From assembly GCA_964467915.1 (NCBI GenBank), contig CAYXSW010000001.1, positions 1,291-65,290 of the forward strand: DNA of 64,000 nucleotides, written 5' to 3'. The stretch is from an uncultured Marinoscillum sp. Its GTDB lineage: Bacteria > Bacteroidota > Bacteroidia > Cytophagales > MED-G16. Both the position numbers and the translations under genes were made by a program. The notes below the pieces were generated by a model that ran no database searches, was not told the DNA's origin, and was given only the letters and a program-made list of their open reading frames with translations. This document shows, piece by piece, positions 39,473 through 48,683 of the stretch. Position 1 is the stretch's first letter, and each line of letters opens with the position of its first letter.

Positions 39473-42314
39473 AAAAATACTTTTATGCAGTTTTTTTCTT
39501 TTTTTCTTTTTTGACCTACTCTCTCAATATGAAAAATCCGAGTCAGCGCCTCCTAGCATTAATTGGTATGAAAAAAGAAGTGAGAATTTTGTAGTGTTCT
39601 TTCCTAAAGAACTTGATTCCGTTGCAAACTACACTATAAATTTTCTTGAACACAGTGTGCAAAAAATTAAACTAAACCCTAATGATAAAATTAGAAAAAG
39701 TAAAATTATTCTTCACAACCAAAATGTTATTTCAAATGCTTTTGTAACATCAAATCCTAGAAGAAGTGAGTTTTTTATAAACGCAAAACCAGAGTCTTCA
39801 CACTTTCTTCATAATAATAACTGGGTAGACCTTTTATCTACTCACGAATACAGACATTTAGTACAAAGAGAAGTTGGTTATAACTCTTTTTTTAACAAAG
39901 TTGTCCATTATTTGTTTGGTGAAAACCTCTCATCAATGTTAACTAGGTCTTCTGCTCCAATGTGGTATTGGGAGGGAGACGCTGTGGATATAGAAACGCG
40001 AACAGGTAATTATGGAAGGGGTAAAATACCAAATTTTACCTTAACGACCCAAATGAACCTTTTATCTGAAAATAAAATAAAATACGACAGACAGACTTTA
40101 GGAAGTTATAGGTTTAAAGCCCCTAATGAATATGAGTCAGGATATATTATGGTAAAATATTTAAAAGATAAATACGGCGAGGGTGTGTATAATAAAATTG
40201 TAAAAAAAGCTCACAACCAATCTTTTTTACCCCTTCCTTTTTATCGGGCATTAAAAAAAGAAACCGGACTAAATTATAAAGAACTATACAATCAAAGTAT
40301 AAAAACCATTCCAATAAAAACAAACTATGTTGAAAACACCCCTTTAAATAAACGAACAAACAAAAGTTTTGAGAGCTATATATATCCCACTGAAGTTTCT
40401 GGTGGCAACCTGGTTGTAATTAGGCAAGGGCAAGGTAATTACCAGGATATAAGGGTAATAGATAAAGAAGGTGTTGTGTCGCTACTCTTCACCCCTGGAT
40501 TACTAAATGATTTTGGAAGAATTCCTAGTTCAGATAATCTAATTGCTTGGTTGGAGTTTGATAAAGATGGCCGGTGGGACAAAAGGGTTTTTTCTAGCAT
40601 AAAGGTGTTGGATATTAACTCAAGAAAAATAATCAACAATAAACTAAAAGGGTTTTTTTCGTCTATTGATCTTTCGCCTGAAGGAACCGAGGTTGTTATA
40701 CTAAAAAACAATCTTGATGGGTCACAAAGTTTAATGTTTTACAACACAACACTCTCCTACTTAGAAAAAGAAATTAAACTTAATGGTGGTGTTTATTCTT
40801 CTATTAAATACGCCTCAGGAAATAGATTAATTGGGCTTAAAACTAAAAATGGGATTAAAGATGTTTTTCTTTATGATGTTTTTAAAAACACTTTTACGTC
40901 AGTGTATAAAACCACCAAAAATATAGGTTGGCCGACATTGTATAATAATAACTTAGTTTTTTCAACAGACCATAATGGGTTCGAAGAAATAATATTATAT
41001 AACACTAAAACAAAAAAAACACACATAATAGGCAACAAAAAATTAGGTGGTTATTACCCATTTCTATCAAAAGACAGAAAGAGTTTATATTATAGTTCAA
41101 TGGGAAATTTTGGTTTTGATGTTTATAAAGAAGATATAATAATTAAGGATAATGAGGTTAATTTAAAAGAGGTTGAGGGTAAAGATAAAAAACACAAAAG
41201 CTATACTTTTTTTAAATCAAAAAAAACAAATTTCTTTTCCCAGTTAATACAACCCGTATCGTGGGGGTTGAGTGATTATGGTATTTCTGAGAAGGGTATA
41301 GATTATCTAACATTAGGGTTAGAGTCTAAAAATTTATTTAGCAACTTAATGTTTAAGGGTGGGTATAAGCTTGATATTAGGGATGATAAAAACAAGAGGT
41401 TTTTTGGAATAAGCTACCAAGGTTTCTTTCCAATTTTAGATTTAACAATTTCTAACTCGAGTGATTATTTTAATCAAAATCTAATTTTAACAAACAATAC
41501 CGGTCAGAAAGACACAATATATGATGCTGATATTAATTTTAAAGTAAGAGAGCTTACTTCTGCTTTAAAAATACCTTTGTCTTATACAAAAGGGAAATAC
41601 TTAACTTCATTTTTTGGGTCTATTAGCTACTCTTTGGAAAAATTTAAAGATTTTTATACCACATCATTAAGCAGTGAATCCACAAAACTTCCTCTTCAAA
41701 CATCAAGGGACACTCGTGAGTATGTTTCTAGTTTATTGTACTTCTCTAGAAAACATAAAAAATCAAAAAGGCAAGTTTATTTCCCTTTTGAGCAAACTGT
41801 TGTTTTAGAGGGAAAAACAACAACGAACTCTAGTGATTATAAGGGTCGATATTATCGTGGTGATGTGTATTTTTCTTTTCCAGGTGTTAATAAATTACAC
41901 TCTATTAGATTAAAGTTTAGGGGAGAAAAACAAAATGACAACGACTACCTTTTTAGGAGAAATGTAAATTTTATTTATGGTTATAGCAACACTTTTAATT
42001 TTTCTACCTTTTTAGGTGGTGGGCTAGAGTATGAGGCGCCTCTTTTCTATCCAGACATATCAATTGGTCCAGTTGCATATGTTCAAAGGATTAGGATTTC
42101 TAGTTTTATTAATTCAGGAAAAATTAAAAGTGTTGGTGGTGGTGGTTATAAGGAAGGTCCAATAACATTCGGTGGTGAGATTAAATTTGACCTTAACCTT
42201 TTTAGGCAAAATTTTTTGTTTGATTTAGGGCTTAGATTTTCTTACTTATTAAACGATAATTATAACCAAGATCAAACAAACTTTGAGATAACCCTTGGAA
42301 GTATTACTTTCTAA
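39465..42314 (+). CDS. Large outer-membrane protein: MA-clan peptidase-like domain + TolB-like beta-propeller + C-terminal beta-barrel
   Basis: ATG 39465 overlaps the upstream stop (ATGTATAA). Signal peptide MYKKILLCSFFLFFFFDLLSQ. HEYRH (39843-39857) followed by WYWEGDAV. PD40-like repeats (DLSPEGTEVV, YPFLSKDRKSLYY). Alternating-strand C-terminus ends ...FEITLGSITF. Confidence 0.6.
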   Translation: MYKKILLCSFFLFFFFDLLSQYEKSESAPPSINWYEKRSENFVVFFPKELDSVANYTINFLEHSVQKIKLNPNDKIRKSKIILHNQNVISNAFVTSNPRRSEFFINAKPESSHFLHNNNWVDLLSTHEYRHLVQREVGYNSFFNKVVHYLFGENLSSMLTRSSAPMWYWEGDAVDIETRTGNYGRGKIPNFTLTTQMNLLSENKIKYDRQTLGSYRFKAPNEYESGYIMVKYLKDKYGEGVYNKIVKKAHNQSFLPLPFYRALKKETGLNYKELYNQSIKTIPIKTNYVENTPLNKRTNKSFESYIYPTEVSGGNLVVIRQGQGNYQDIRVIDKEGVVSLLFTPGLLNDFGRIPSSDNLIAWLEFDKDGRWDKRVFSSIKVLDINSRKIINNKLKGFFSSIDLSPEGTEVVILKNNLDGSQSLMFYNTTLSYLEKEIKLNGGVYSSIKYASGNRLIGLKTKNGIKDVFLYDVFKNTFTSVYKTTKNIGWPTLYNNNLVFSTDHNGFEEIILYNTKTKKTHIIGNKKLGGYYPFLSKDRKSLYYSSMGNFGFDVYKEDIIIKDNEVNLKEVEGKDKKHKSYTFFKSKKTNFFSQLIQPVSWGLSDYGISEKGIDYLTLGLESKNLFSNLMFKGGYKLDIRDDKNKRFFGISYQGFFPILDLTISNSSDYFNQNLILTNNTGQKDTIYDADINFKVRELTSALKIPLSYTKGKYLTSFFGSISYSLEKFKDFYTTSLSSESTKLPLQTSRDTREYVSSLLYFSRKHKKSKRQVYFPFEQTVVLEGKTTTNSSDYKGRYYRGDVYFSFPGVNKLHSIRLKFRGEKQNDNDYLFRRNVNFIYGYSNTFNFSTFLGGGLEYEAPLFYPDISIGPVAYVQRIRISSFINSGKIKSVGGGGYKEGPITFGGEIKFDLNLFRQNFLFDLGLRFSYLLNDNYNQDQTNFEITLGSITF

Positions 42315-42357
42315 AGTTTTAATTATAAAAATTAATTTATATTTTCGAAAAAAAAAT

Positions 42358-42483
42358 ATGTTTCCCACGAACCCAGCTGTTACAGACGGCGTTGAATTAT
42401 TTGTTTGGATTGTTGTTGTTCTAATAAGTTTTGTTGGAGCTGTATCAATAATTGATTTTAGAGACGTTAAGAAAAAAGGTTAA
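42358..42483 (+). CDS. Possible 41-aa single-TM peptide
   Basis: ATG 42358 gives MFPTNPAVTDGVELFVWIVVVLISFVGAVSIIDFRDVKKKG. No homology recognised. Confidence 0.25.
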   Translation: MFPTNPAVTDGVELFVWIVVVLISFVGAVSIIDFRDVKKKG

Positions 42484-42587
42484 ATATCTGAATCTTTTTT
42501 ATGACTACTAACTTTATTGTTAGGAATAAAAATTGAGCATAAAATTGCTGAAACAAACAAGACAATAATTAAAGCTAGCATCTCCAT
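42480..42587 (-). CDS. Possible 35-aa single-TM peptide (not in ORF track)
   Basis: Hand translation gives MEMLALIIVLFVSAILCSIFIPNNKVSSHKKDSDI. Its stop overlaps the stop of the plus-strand mini-ORF. Confidence 0.2.
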   Translation of the reverse strand: MEMLALIIVLFVSAILCSIFIPNNKVSSHKKDSDI

Positions 42588-42707
42588 AATTAGAATATTT
42601 TAGCAAATATACCTAAGCATTAATAATTTACCCTTTGTAAATAAATAAAAATTTTAAAGAGTATTTCTTTCGTTTCATTTATAAGTTTTTTTATTTAAAA
42701 TTGTTTT

Positions 42708-43124
42708 ATGGACAAACCCTTCCATTTAGCTTTTCCTATAAAAGACATAGAGATCACAAAATCTTTTTATTCAAACTTCTTAGGGTGTGAAATAGGAAGG
42801 GAAGATAAAAAGTGGGTTGATTTTAATTTTTTTGGTCACCAACTTTCTGCTCACGTTAAGCCTGATGAATTAAAATTAGCTAAAAAAAACGCTGTTGATG
42901 GAAAAGATGTTCCTGTTAGACACTTTGGTGTTGTTTTAAGTTGGGATGAGTGGCATGACTTATCTAAAAAACTTAAAAAATTAAAAGTTAAGTTTGTAAT
43001 TGATCCATATATTCGGTTTAAAGGAGAGATTGGAGAACAAGCAACTATGTTTTTTTTAGACCCAAGTGGAAATGCTCTTGAGTTCAAATCATTTAAAGAT
43101 TCTTCACAAATCTTCGCTAAATAA
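42708..43124 (+). CDS. VOC-family (glyoxalase/bleomycin-resistance/dioxygenase fold) protein
   Basis: 138 aa. [19 protein letters not shown]-terminus and ...[13 protein letters not shown]-terminal half, typical of the VOC fold. Confidence 0.78.
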   Translation: MDKPFHLAFPIKDIEITKSFYSNFLGCEIGREDKKWVDFNFFGHQLSAHVKPDELKLAKKNAVDGKDVPVRHFGVVLSWDEWHDLSKKLKKLKVKFVIDPYIRFKGEIGEQATMFFLDPSGNALEFKSFKDSSQIFAK

Positions 43125-43125
43125 T

Positions 43126-43875
43126 TTATCTTAAATAACTTCCTGCGTTTATGTCTATCGTAGATCCGGTGCTGTGATCCATTTTACCAGAACAAATTAA
43201 AGAGATAATAGGAGAAATATCTTTTGGCTCTGTTAATCTGTTGAGTTGAATTCCTTTCTTTACTAAATCTTCTCCGTTTTCTTTAATAAAACTTTGTGCC
43301 ATTTCTGTGTTAACAAATCCTGGCGCTATTGTAAAAGCTAATGTGTTATCTGTTTTACCAAAAGACCTAGCTATTGTTTTTGTTAAAGACACCAACCCCC
43401 CCTTAGAGCAAGCATATGATATAAAATCTTCTACCTCTCCCCTAAACGCTGCCCTCGATGCAATGTTTATTATTCTTAGTTTATTTTTAATTTTTTCTTT
43501 TCTTTTTTTTTCAATAAAAAGCTTACTAATTACAGAGGGGGACTTTAAGTTTACTGAAATTGTTCTGTCAAAATTTTTTACCCAATCAATTGTTTTTTGG
43601 TTTATAGGAGCTGATTCTGCAATACCCGCGTTGTTTATTATAGCGTCAGGAAAACCGATCAGTTTGTTGGTTTTATTAAACAAATCATATGCTCCATTTT
43701 CTTTTGAGAGATCTGCTTGGACCATCTCACAATTAGTTTTATGGTTAAGGATAAGTTTTTTAATTTTTAAGTTATCTGAATTATAATGCAAAACAACCTT
43801 ATGACCTTCGTTAAGTAAGTCTTTGGATAACTGAAACCCTATTCCGTTTGAAGATCCTGTTACTAAAATTTTCAT
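43126..43875 (-). CDS. Short-chain dehydrogenase/reductase (SDR)
   Basis: 249 aa. Cofactor loop VTGSSNGIG, NNAG, and catalytic YACSK. Confidence 0.9.
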   Translation of the reverse strand: MKILVTGSSNGIGFQLSKDLLNEGHKVVLHYNSDNLKIKKLILNHKTNCEMVQADLSKENGAYDLFNKTNKLIGFPDAIINNAGIAESAPINQKTIDWVKNFDRTISVNLKSPSVISKLFIEKKRKEKIKNKLRIINIASRAAFRGEVEDFISYACSKGGLVSLTKTIARSFGKTDNTLAFTIAPGFVNTEMAQSFIKENGEDLVKKGIQLNRLTEPKDISPIISLICSGKMDHSTGSTIDINAGSYLR

Positions 43876-43912
43876 TTTTATGGTTTATTCAACAAAATTA
43901 TTCTTTTTTGCA

Positions 43913-43935
43913 AACTAAACTTTAATAGTTTAGTT
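43913..43935. promoter_or_regulatory. Perfect inverted repeat AACTAAACT-N5-AGTTTAGTT, 8 nt upstream of the mfd ATG
   Basis: Arms at 43913-43921 and 43927-43935 are exact reverse complements with loop TTAAT. Lies in the 68-bp SDR/mfd divergent spacer. Confidence 0.3.
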
Positions 43936-43943
43936 AAAATAAT

Positions 43944-46900
43944 ATGGTAACATCTGAGATAGTTTCAAAATATAAAGAGGACCTAAGGGTAATTGAGGTG
44001 GGGTCTGCTATTAAAAAAAAACAGTCGAAACTTTTTTTTTCAGGATTATCTGGTAACTTAAGTGTCATATTGCCTCTTGCGGTTTCACAACAAGATGAAT
44101 TAAATCACTGTTTTTTAATTTCTGACAAAGAAAAGGCTCTAGTTTTTTATAGTAACCTTTGTAATTTTTTAGATAAAAATAAGGTTTACTTTTTTCCTTA
44201 TTCTTTTTTATCCCCATATGATGATGAGTTAATAAACAACGCAAATGTAGTAATGAGAACAGAGGCTATACAGGCTGTAGTTTCAAGAAGAAAAGAAAAA
44301 ATATATATAGTAACCTATCCAGAGGGTTTGTTTGAAAAGTTCCCTGGTGAAAAGTTTCAAAACAAACTATCATTAAGAATAGAAAAAAAACAAAAACTAA
44401 ATTTAAAGTTATTAAGAAACACCCTTTTGGAGAGGGGTTTTTCAATTGAGGATTTTATAAGCCAACCTGGTGATTTTGCGGTCAGAGGAAATATTATTGA
44501 TGTGTTTTCTTTTAATTATAAAAACCCAGTGCGTTTAGAAATGGACGGAGATAATGTAGAGAAAATAAAACACTTTGATATTGAGTCTCAACTAACCAAG
44601 GAAGAGGTTGATTCTGTTAAAATCCTTTCTAACCTTCAATCTGAAGAAGAAAATAAAGATTATATGTCGTTGTTTGGGTTTTTTGATAAAAATTGGTCAA
44701 TATGGTCAGACGCTGTTAGTTTATCCGCTAACATTATTGAAGAAAAATATCTTAATTCTGTTGAGTTATTCAAAAAAGCCAAAAAAAAGTCTACAGTTTT
44801 TTTAAAACTACCACCAGAAAATCTTTTTTTAGATAAAAAAAGCTTTCTTGATGAAATTGGTGGTTTTATGATAACAGAAACTCAAAACAACACCTTTTCT
44901 AATTCTCACAAAGTTCATTTTAAATCTTCCTCACAGCCTAATTTCAACAAAAACCTTTCTTTATTAGCTGATGATTTAAAAGATTTAGAGGAAAAAGGTT
45001 ATTTAATTTATATCTCCTTCCAATCAGAAGAACAGGTTGTGAGGTTAACCTCTTATTTTGAGTCTATTGGTTTAATAACAAAAATAAATAAGTTGATTTC
45101 AAAGCTGAGTGAGGGTTTTGTTGACCACGAAAACAAACTTGTTTTTTATACTGACCACCAAATTTTCAACAGATATTATAAACACGCCTTTCAACCAAAA
45201 ATTGCTAAAAAACAAAAAAACCCAATTAAAGACCGGTCTGAACTTAGTACCGGTGACTATGTTGTTCATATAGACCACGGCGTGGGTCGGTTTGTTGGTT
45301 TAGAAAAGATTAAGGCAAATGATATAGAACATGAGGTGTTAAGGGTTGTTTATAAAAATAACGATGTTGTTTATATAAACATTAACTCTCTTCATAAAAT
45401 AGCAAAGTACTCTGGTGGCGGCTCCACCCCAAAGCTTAACAACCTCAGCTCAAAAGACTGGGATAATAAAAAGAAAAAAATAAAAAGAAAGCTTGTTGAT
45501 TTAGCTGAAGATCTTATTGGTTTGTATTTAAAAAGAAGAGAAAGTGTGGGTTTTGTTTTTCAAAAAGACTCTTATTTACAAATTGAGTTAGAGTCATCTT
45601 TTGTTTATCAAGACACGCCAGACCAATTAAAAACAACGGAAGATGTAAAAAAAGACATGGAAAGCTCCTTTCCTATGGATAGGTTGGTTTGTGGTGATGT
45701 TGGTTTTGGAAAAACAGAAATTGCAGTAAGGGCTGCCTTCAAAGCTGTGTGTTCTAACAAACAAGTGTTGGTTTTAGTTCCAACAACTATTCTCGCCTTT
45801 CAACATTTTAAAACACTTACAAAAAGGCTTAAAAACTTTCCTGTTAATGTAGATTATTTATCAAGATTTAGGTCTAATAAAGACAAAAAAGAAATTTCTA
45901 AAAAACTCACTTTAGGCTCCATTGATATTTTAATTGGAACGCATTCTGTTTTAAGCAACAAAATACAATTTAAAGATCTTGGTTTATTAATAGTAGATGA
46001 AGAACAAAAGTTTGGTGTTGTTTTAAAAGAAAAAATTAAAAAAAGAAAACTTAACTTAGATTGTTTAACATTAACAGCAACACCTATTCCTAGGACTTTG
46101 CATTTTTCGTTGATTGGTGTAAGGGATATAAGTATAATTAGAACTGCGCCCACAAATAGACAACCTGTTCACACAGAGATTATACAGTTTAATGAGGATG
46201 AAATAAGGGATGTTATTAATAACGAAATGTCTCGGTTTGGACAAACTTTTTTTGTTCATAATCGAGTTGAAAATATTTATGAAATAGCTAATATAATTCA
46301 AAAACTTATCCCGAATGCTAAGGTTGCTGTCGCTCATGGACAACAAAAAGGGGATTTATTAGAAAAAACAATTTTAGATTTTATTGATGGGCGTTTTGAT
46401 ATTCTTGTCTCGACTAATATTATAGAGTCTGGGCTAGACATACCTAACGCCAACACAATTATAATAAACCAAGCCCAAATGTTTGGTTTATCTGACCTTC
46501 ACCAAATGAGGGGTAGGGTTGGTAGATCCAACAGAAAGGCCTTTTGTCGCCTTTTAGTTCCTAAGTTATCCAACCTGAACCCTGACGCAAAAAAAAGACT
46601 TGTAGCGCTCGAGGAATTTTCAAACTTAGGAGATGGGCTTAATATTGCGTTAAAAGACTTAGATATTAGGGGGGCAGGAAACCTTTTAGGTGGAGAACAA
46701 AGTGGTTTTATAAACGATCTTGGGTTTGAAGCGTATAATAAAATTTTAGATGAGGCTTTAATTGAAATAGAAAAGCCGAACAACTTTAATCAAAACAATT
46801 TAAATAAAGTTGTTACAAACCACTCTTGCTTGGTTGATGTTTATGAAAAAGCTTTTATTCCAAAAGATTACGTTTCTAACTCTAACGAAAGGTTAAGGTT

Positions 46901-47270
46901 GTATGGTGTTTTAGAAGAAAAATCAAAATTAGGTCTCTATGATGAGGTAATCTCTAGTTTAACAGATAGGTTTGGTGCTCTTCCAGAAGAGGTTTGTAGC
47001 CTAATAAAGGTTATGAAAATAAAAAAAACAGGTTCATCTTTAGGTCTTGATAAGATTGTTATAAAGAAAAACAAAATAAAATTTATTTATTTTAACAACG
47101 CCAGTAAAACCAATCAAATCCAAGAGGATTTTATCTTTATTTTAAATTACCTAAACGAATTAGGCTTCAAAACTAAGGTAAGTGAAAAAAAAGATCAAAT
47201 AATTATTGTTGCTTTAGGGGCCTCTTCCATCAGCAAAACGCTTGATTTTATAAAAAAAATAAAAAAATAA
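43944..47270 (+). CDS. mfd: Transcription-repair coupling factor
   Basis: 1108 aa. CarD-like domain (GDYVVHIDHGVGRF), helicase Walker A GDVGFGKTE, DEEQKFG, and C-terminal TRCF domain. Confidence 0.97.
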   Translation: MVTSEIVSKYKEDLRVIEVGSAIKKKQSKLFFSGLSGNLSVILPLAVSQQDELNHCFLISDKEKALVFYSNLCNFLDKNKVYFFPYSFLSPYDDELINNANVVMRTEAIQAVVSRRKEKIYIVTYPEGLFEKFPGEKFQNKLSLRIEKKQKLNLKLLRNTLLERGFSIEDFISQPGDFAVRGNIIDVFSFNYKNPVRLEMDGDNVEKIKHFDIESQLTKEEVDSVKILSNLQSEEENKDYMSLFGFFDKNWSIWSDAVSLSANIIEEKYLNSVELFKKAKKKSTVFLKLPPENLFLDKKSFLDEIGGFMITETQNNTFSNSHKVHFKSSSQPNFNKNLSLLADDLKDLEEKGYLIYISFQSEEQVVRLTSYFESIGLITKINKLISKLSEGFVDHENKLVFYTDHQIFNRYYKHAFQPKIAKKQKNPIKDRSELSTGDYVVHIDHGVGRFVGLEKIKANDIEHEVLRVVYKNNDVVYININSLHKIAKYSGGGSTPKLNNLSSKDWDNKKKKIKRKLVDLAEDLIGLYLKRRESVGFVFQKDSYLQIELESSFVYQDTPDQLKTTEDVKKDMESSFPMDRLVCGDVGFGKTEIAVRAAFKAVCSNKQVLVLVPTTILAFQHFKTLTKRLKNFPVNVDYLSRFRSNKDKKEISKKLTLGSIDILIGTHSVLSNKIQFKDLGLLIVDEEQKFGVVLKEKIKKRKLNLDCLTLTATPIPRTLHFSLIGVRDISIIRTAPTNRQPVHTEIIQFNEDEIRDVINNEMSRFGQTFFVHNRVENIYEIANIIQKLIPNAKVAVAHGQQKGDLLEKTILDFIDGRFDILVSTNIIESGLDIPNANTIIINQAQMFGLSDLHQMRGRVGRSNRKAFCRLLVPKLSNLNPDAKKRLVALEEFSNLGDGLNIALKDLDIRGAGNLLGGEQSGFINDLGFEAYNKILDEALIEIEKPNNFNQNNLNKVVTNHSCLVDVYEKAFIPKDYVSNSNERLRLYGVLEEKSKLGLYDEVISSLTDRFGALPEEVCSLIKVMKIKKTGSSLGLDKIVIKKNKIKFIYFNNASKTNQIQEDFIFILNYLNELGFKTKVSEKKDQIIIVALGASSISKTLDFIKKIKK

Positions 47271-47298
47271 ACACAATAAGGGTGGAGTTTATGGGTTA

Positions 47299-47332
47299 TT
47301 TGTTTTCAAGAACTTAATTTTTTGTATTTTTG
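47299..47332 (+). promoter_or_regulatory. Candidate Bacteroidota-type promoter (-33 TTTG / -7 TAnnTTTG)
   Basis: TTTG at 47299-47302 and TATTTTTG at 47325-47332, with a 22-nt spacer. If real, transcription starts downstream of the ORF-track TTG (47330), which favours the GTG start at 47357. Confidence 0.3.
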
Positions 47333-47356
47333 GTAAAAATTAAAAATCAAATTATC

Positions 47357-48568
47357 GTGATAAAAAGGTTTTTTTATTTTGTGATTATATTATTAACCAT
47401 TGAGGGTTGTTCTCTTTTGCCTTTTGGTAAATCAAATCCTTCAGCTAGAAACCCTGGTTCAATAAGCACAACAACAAATTTAGATTACTTTTCAGACGCT
47501 TACGCAGAAGAGGAAGAGGAGGGTTTTGTTGTTGCTGACTTTGGCGGACAAACGCCTGGGCCAAATCAAATTCTTGTACAGGGCGGTAGAGCGGTGCTTG
47601 GTACTTACGAAGAAGATGTGTTTTACACCCACGATAATGTAGAAAGAACAGTCACCGTTCAATCTTTTTATTTAGACCAAACAGAAATAGCTAACATTCA
47701 TTGGTTAGAATATCTTCATTACGTAAAAAGAGACTCAAGCGAAACATTTTATGAGAACGCGCTACCAGACACAACTGTATGGGAAAAAGAATTAGCCTTT
47801 AACACACCGTATGTAAGTAACTATTTAAGATATCCTGGGTTTAGGTATTATCCTGTTGTTGGCGTTACTTGGAGCCAAGCAATGGATTATTGTAGGTGGA
47901 GAACAGAGGCTGTAAACAAACAAAGGGCAATGGAGTATTATGGTGAAGATTATATAGATGGTGATATCCCCCCAATAGAGTCTGGTATTTATTTACCTGA
48001 GTTTAGACTCCCCACAGAAGCAGAGTGGGAATACGCCGCTTATGGTCAAATTGGAGATCAGTGGTTAGATGAAAACCAAACACAAAGAAGGTTGTACCCT
48101 TGGGACGGAAGAACAATAAGAAGTTCAAAGAGGGGGGAAGTTGGTAAGTTTCAAGCTAATTTTAAAAGAGGCAGAGGAGACTACGCTGGTATTGCGGGGG
48201 CCCTCAATGATGCTGGTTTTGTTACGGTGTCTATATATGAATACGCCCCTAACGACTTTGGTTTGTATAATATGGCTGGGAATGTTAACGAGTGGGTTTT
48301 TGACATATATAGGCCATTAAATTTTCAAGATATGGAAGACTTAAACCCTATAAGAAAAAGTGATTTTTTAGATTCTGAGGAAGACTATGACTCAGAAAAC
48401 TTTAACTCAATGATAAGTAACGAGTCAAGGGTTTTTAAGGGTGGTTCATGGGCAGATGGAGCGATGTGGTTGTCTCCAGGAACAAGAAGGTTTTTAGATC
48501 AAGACTCTTCATCCGCTACTATTGGTTTTAGATGTGCAACCACAGCGTTAGGTACCGCCGGCAACTAA
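47357..48568 (+). CDS. GldJ/GldK(PorK)-family SUMF1/FGE-domain lipoprotein
   Basis: GTG 47357 gives (M)IKRFFYFVIILLTIEGCS lipoprotein signal. FGE-sulfatase-like motifs TVTVQSFYLDQTEIAN, ALPDTTVW, YPVVGVTWSQAMDYCRWRTEAVN and RVFKGGSW. Confidence 0.75.
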   Translation: MIKRFFYFVIILLTIEGCSLLPFGKSNPSARNPGSISTTTNLDYFSDAYAEEEEEGFVVADFGGQTPGPNQILVQGGRAVLGTYEEDVFYTHDNVERTVTVQSFYLDQTEIANIHWLEYLHYVKRDSSETFYENALPDTTVWEKELAFNTPYVSNYLRYPGFRYYPVVGVTWSQAMDYCRWRTEAVNKQRAMEYYGEDYIDGDIPPIESGIYLPEFRLPTEAEWEYAAYGQIGDQWLDENQTQRRLYPWDGRTIRSSKRGEVGKFQANFKRGRGDYAGIAGALNDAGFVTVSIYEYAPNDFGLYNMAGNVNEWVFDIYRPLNFQDMEDLNPIRKSDFLDSEEDYDSENFNSMISNESRVFKGGSWADGAMWLSPGTRRFLDQDSSSATIGFRCATTALGTAGN

Positions 48569-48683
48569 TAGTTAAATCTTACACTCAATATTATCTATTT
48601 AAACTATTCTAATTATAATTTCGTATAATATTAACTTAAGCAATTGTTTATAAAAACACAAATCTGTTTTATACGATAACATT

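Noticed and set aside
43307-43786. 159-aa plus-strand ORF lying entirely antisense to the SDR gene
   Set aside because: The minus-strand frame carries clear SDR motifs (VTGSSNGIG, NNAG, YACSK). The antisense product is low-complexity and hydrophobic with no recognisable motif, so it is most likely a shadow ORF.
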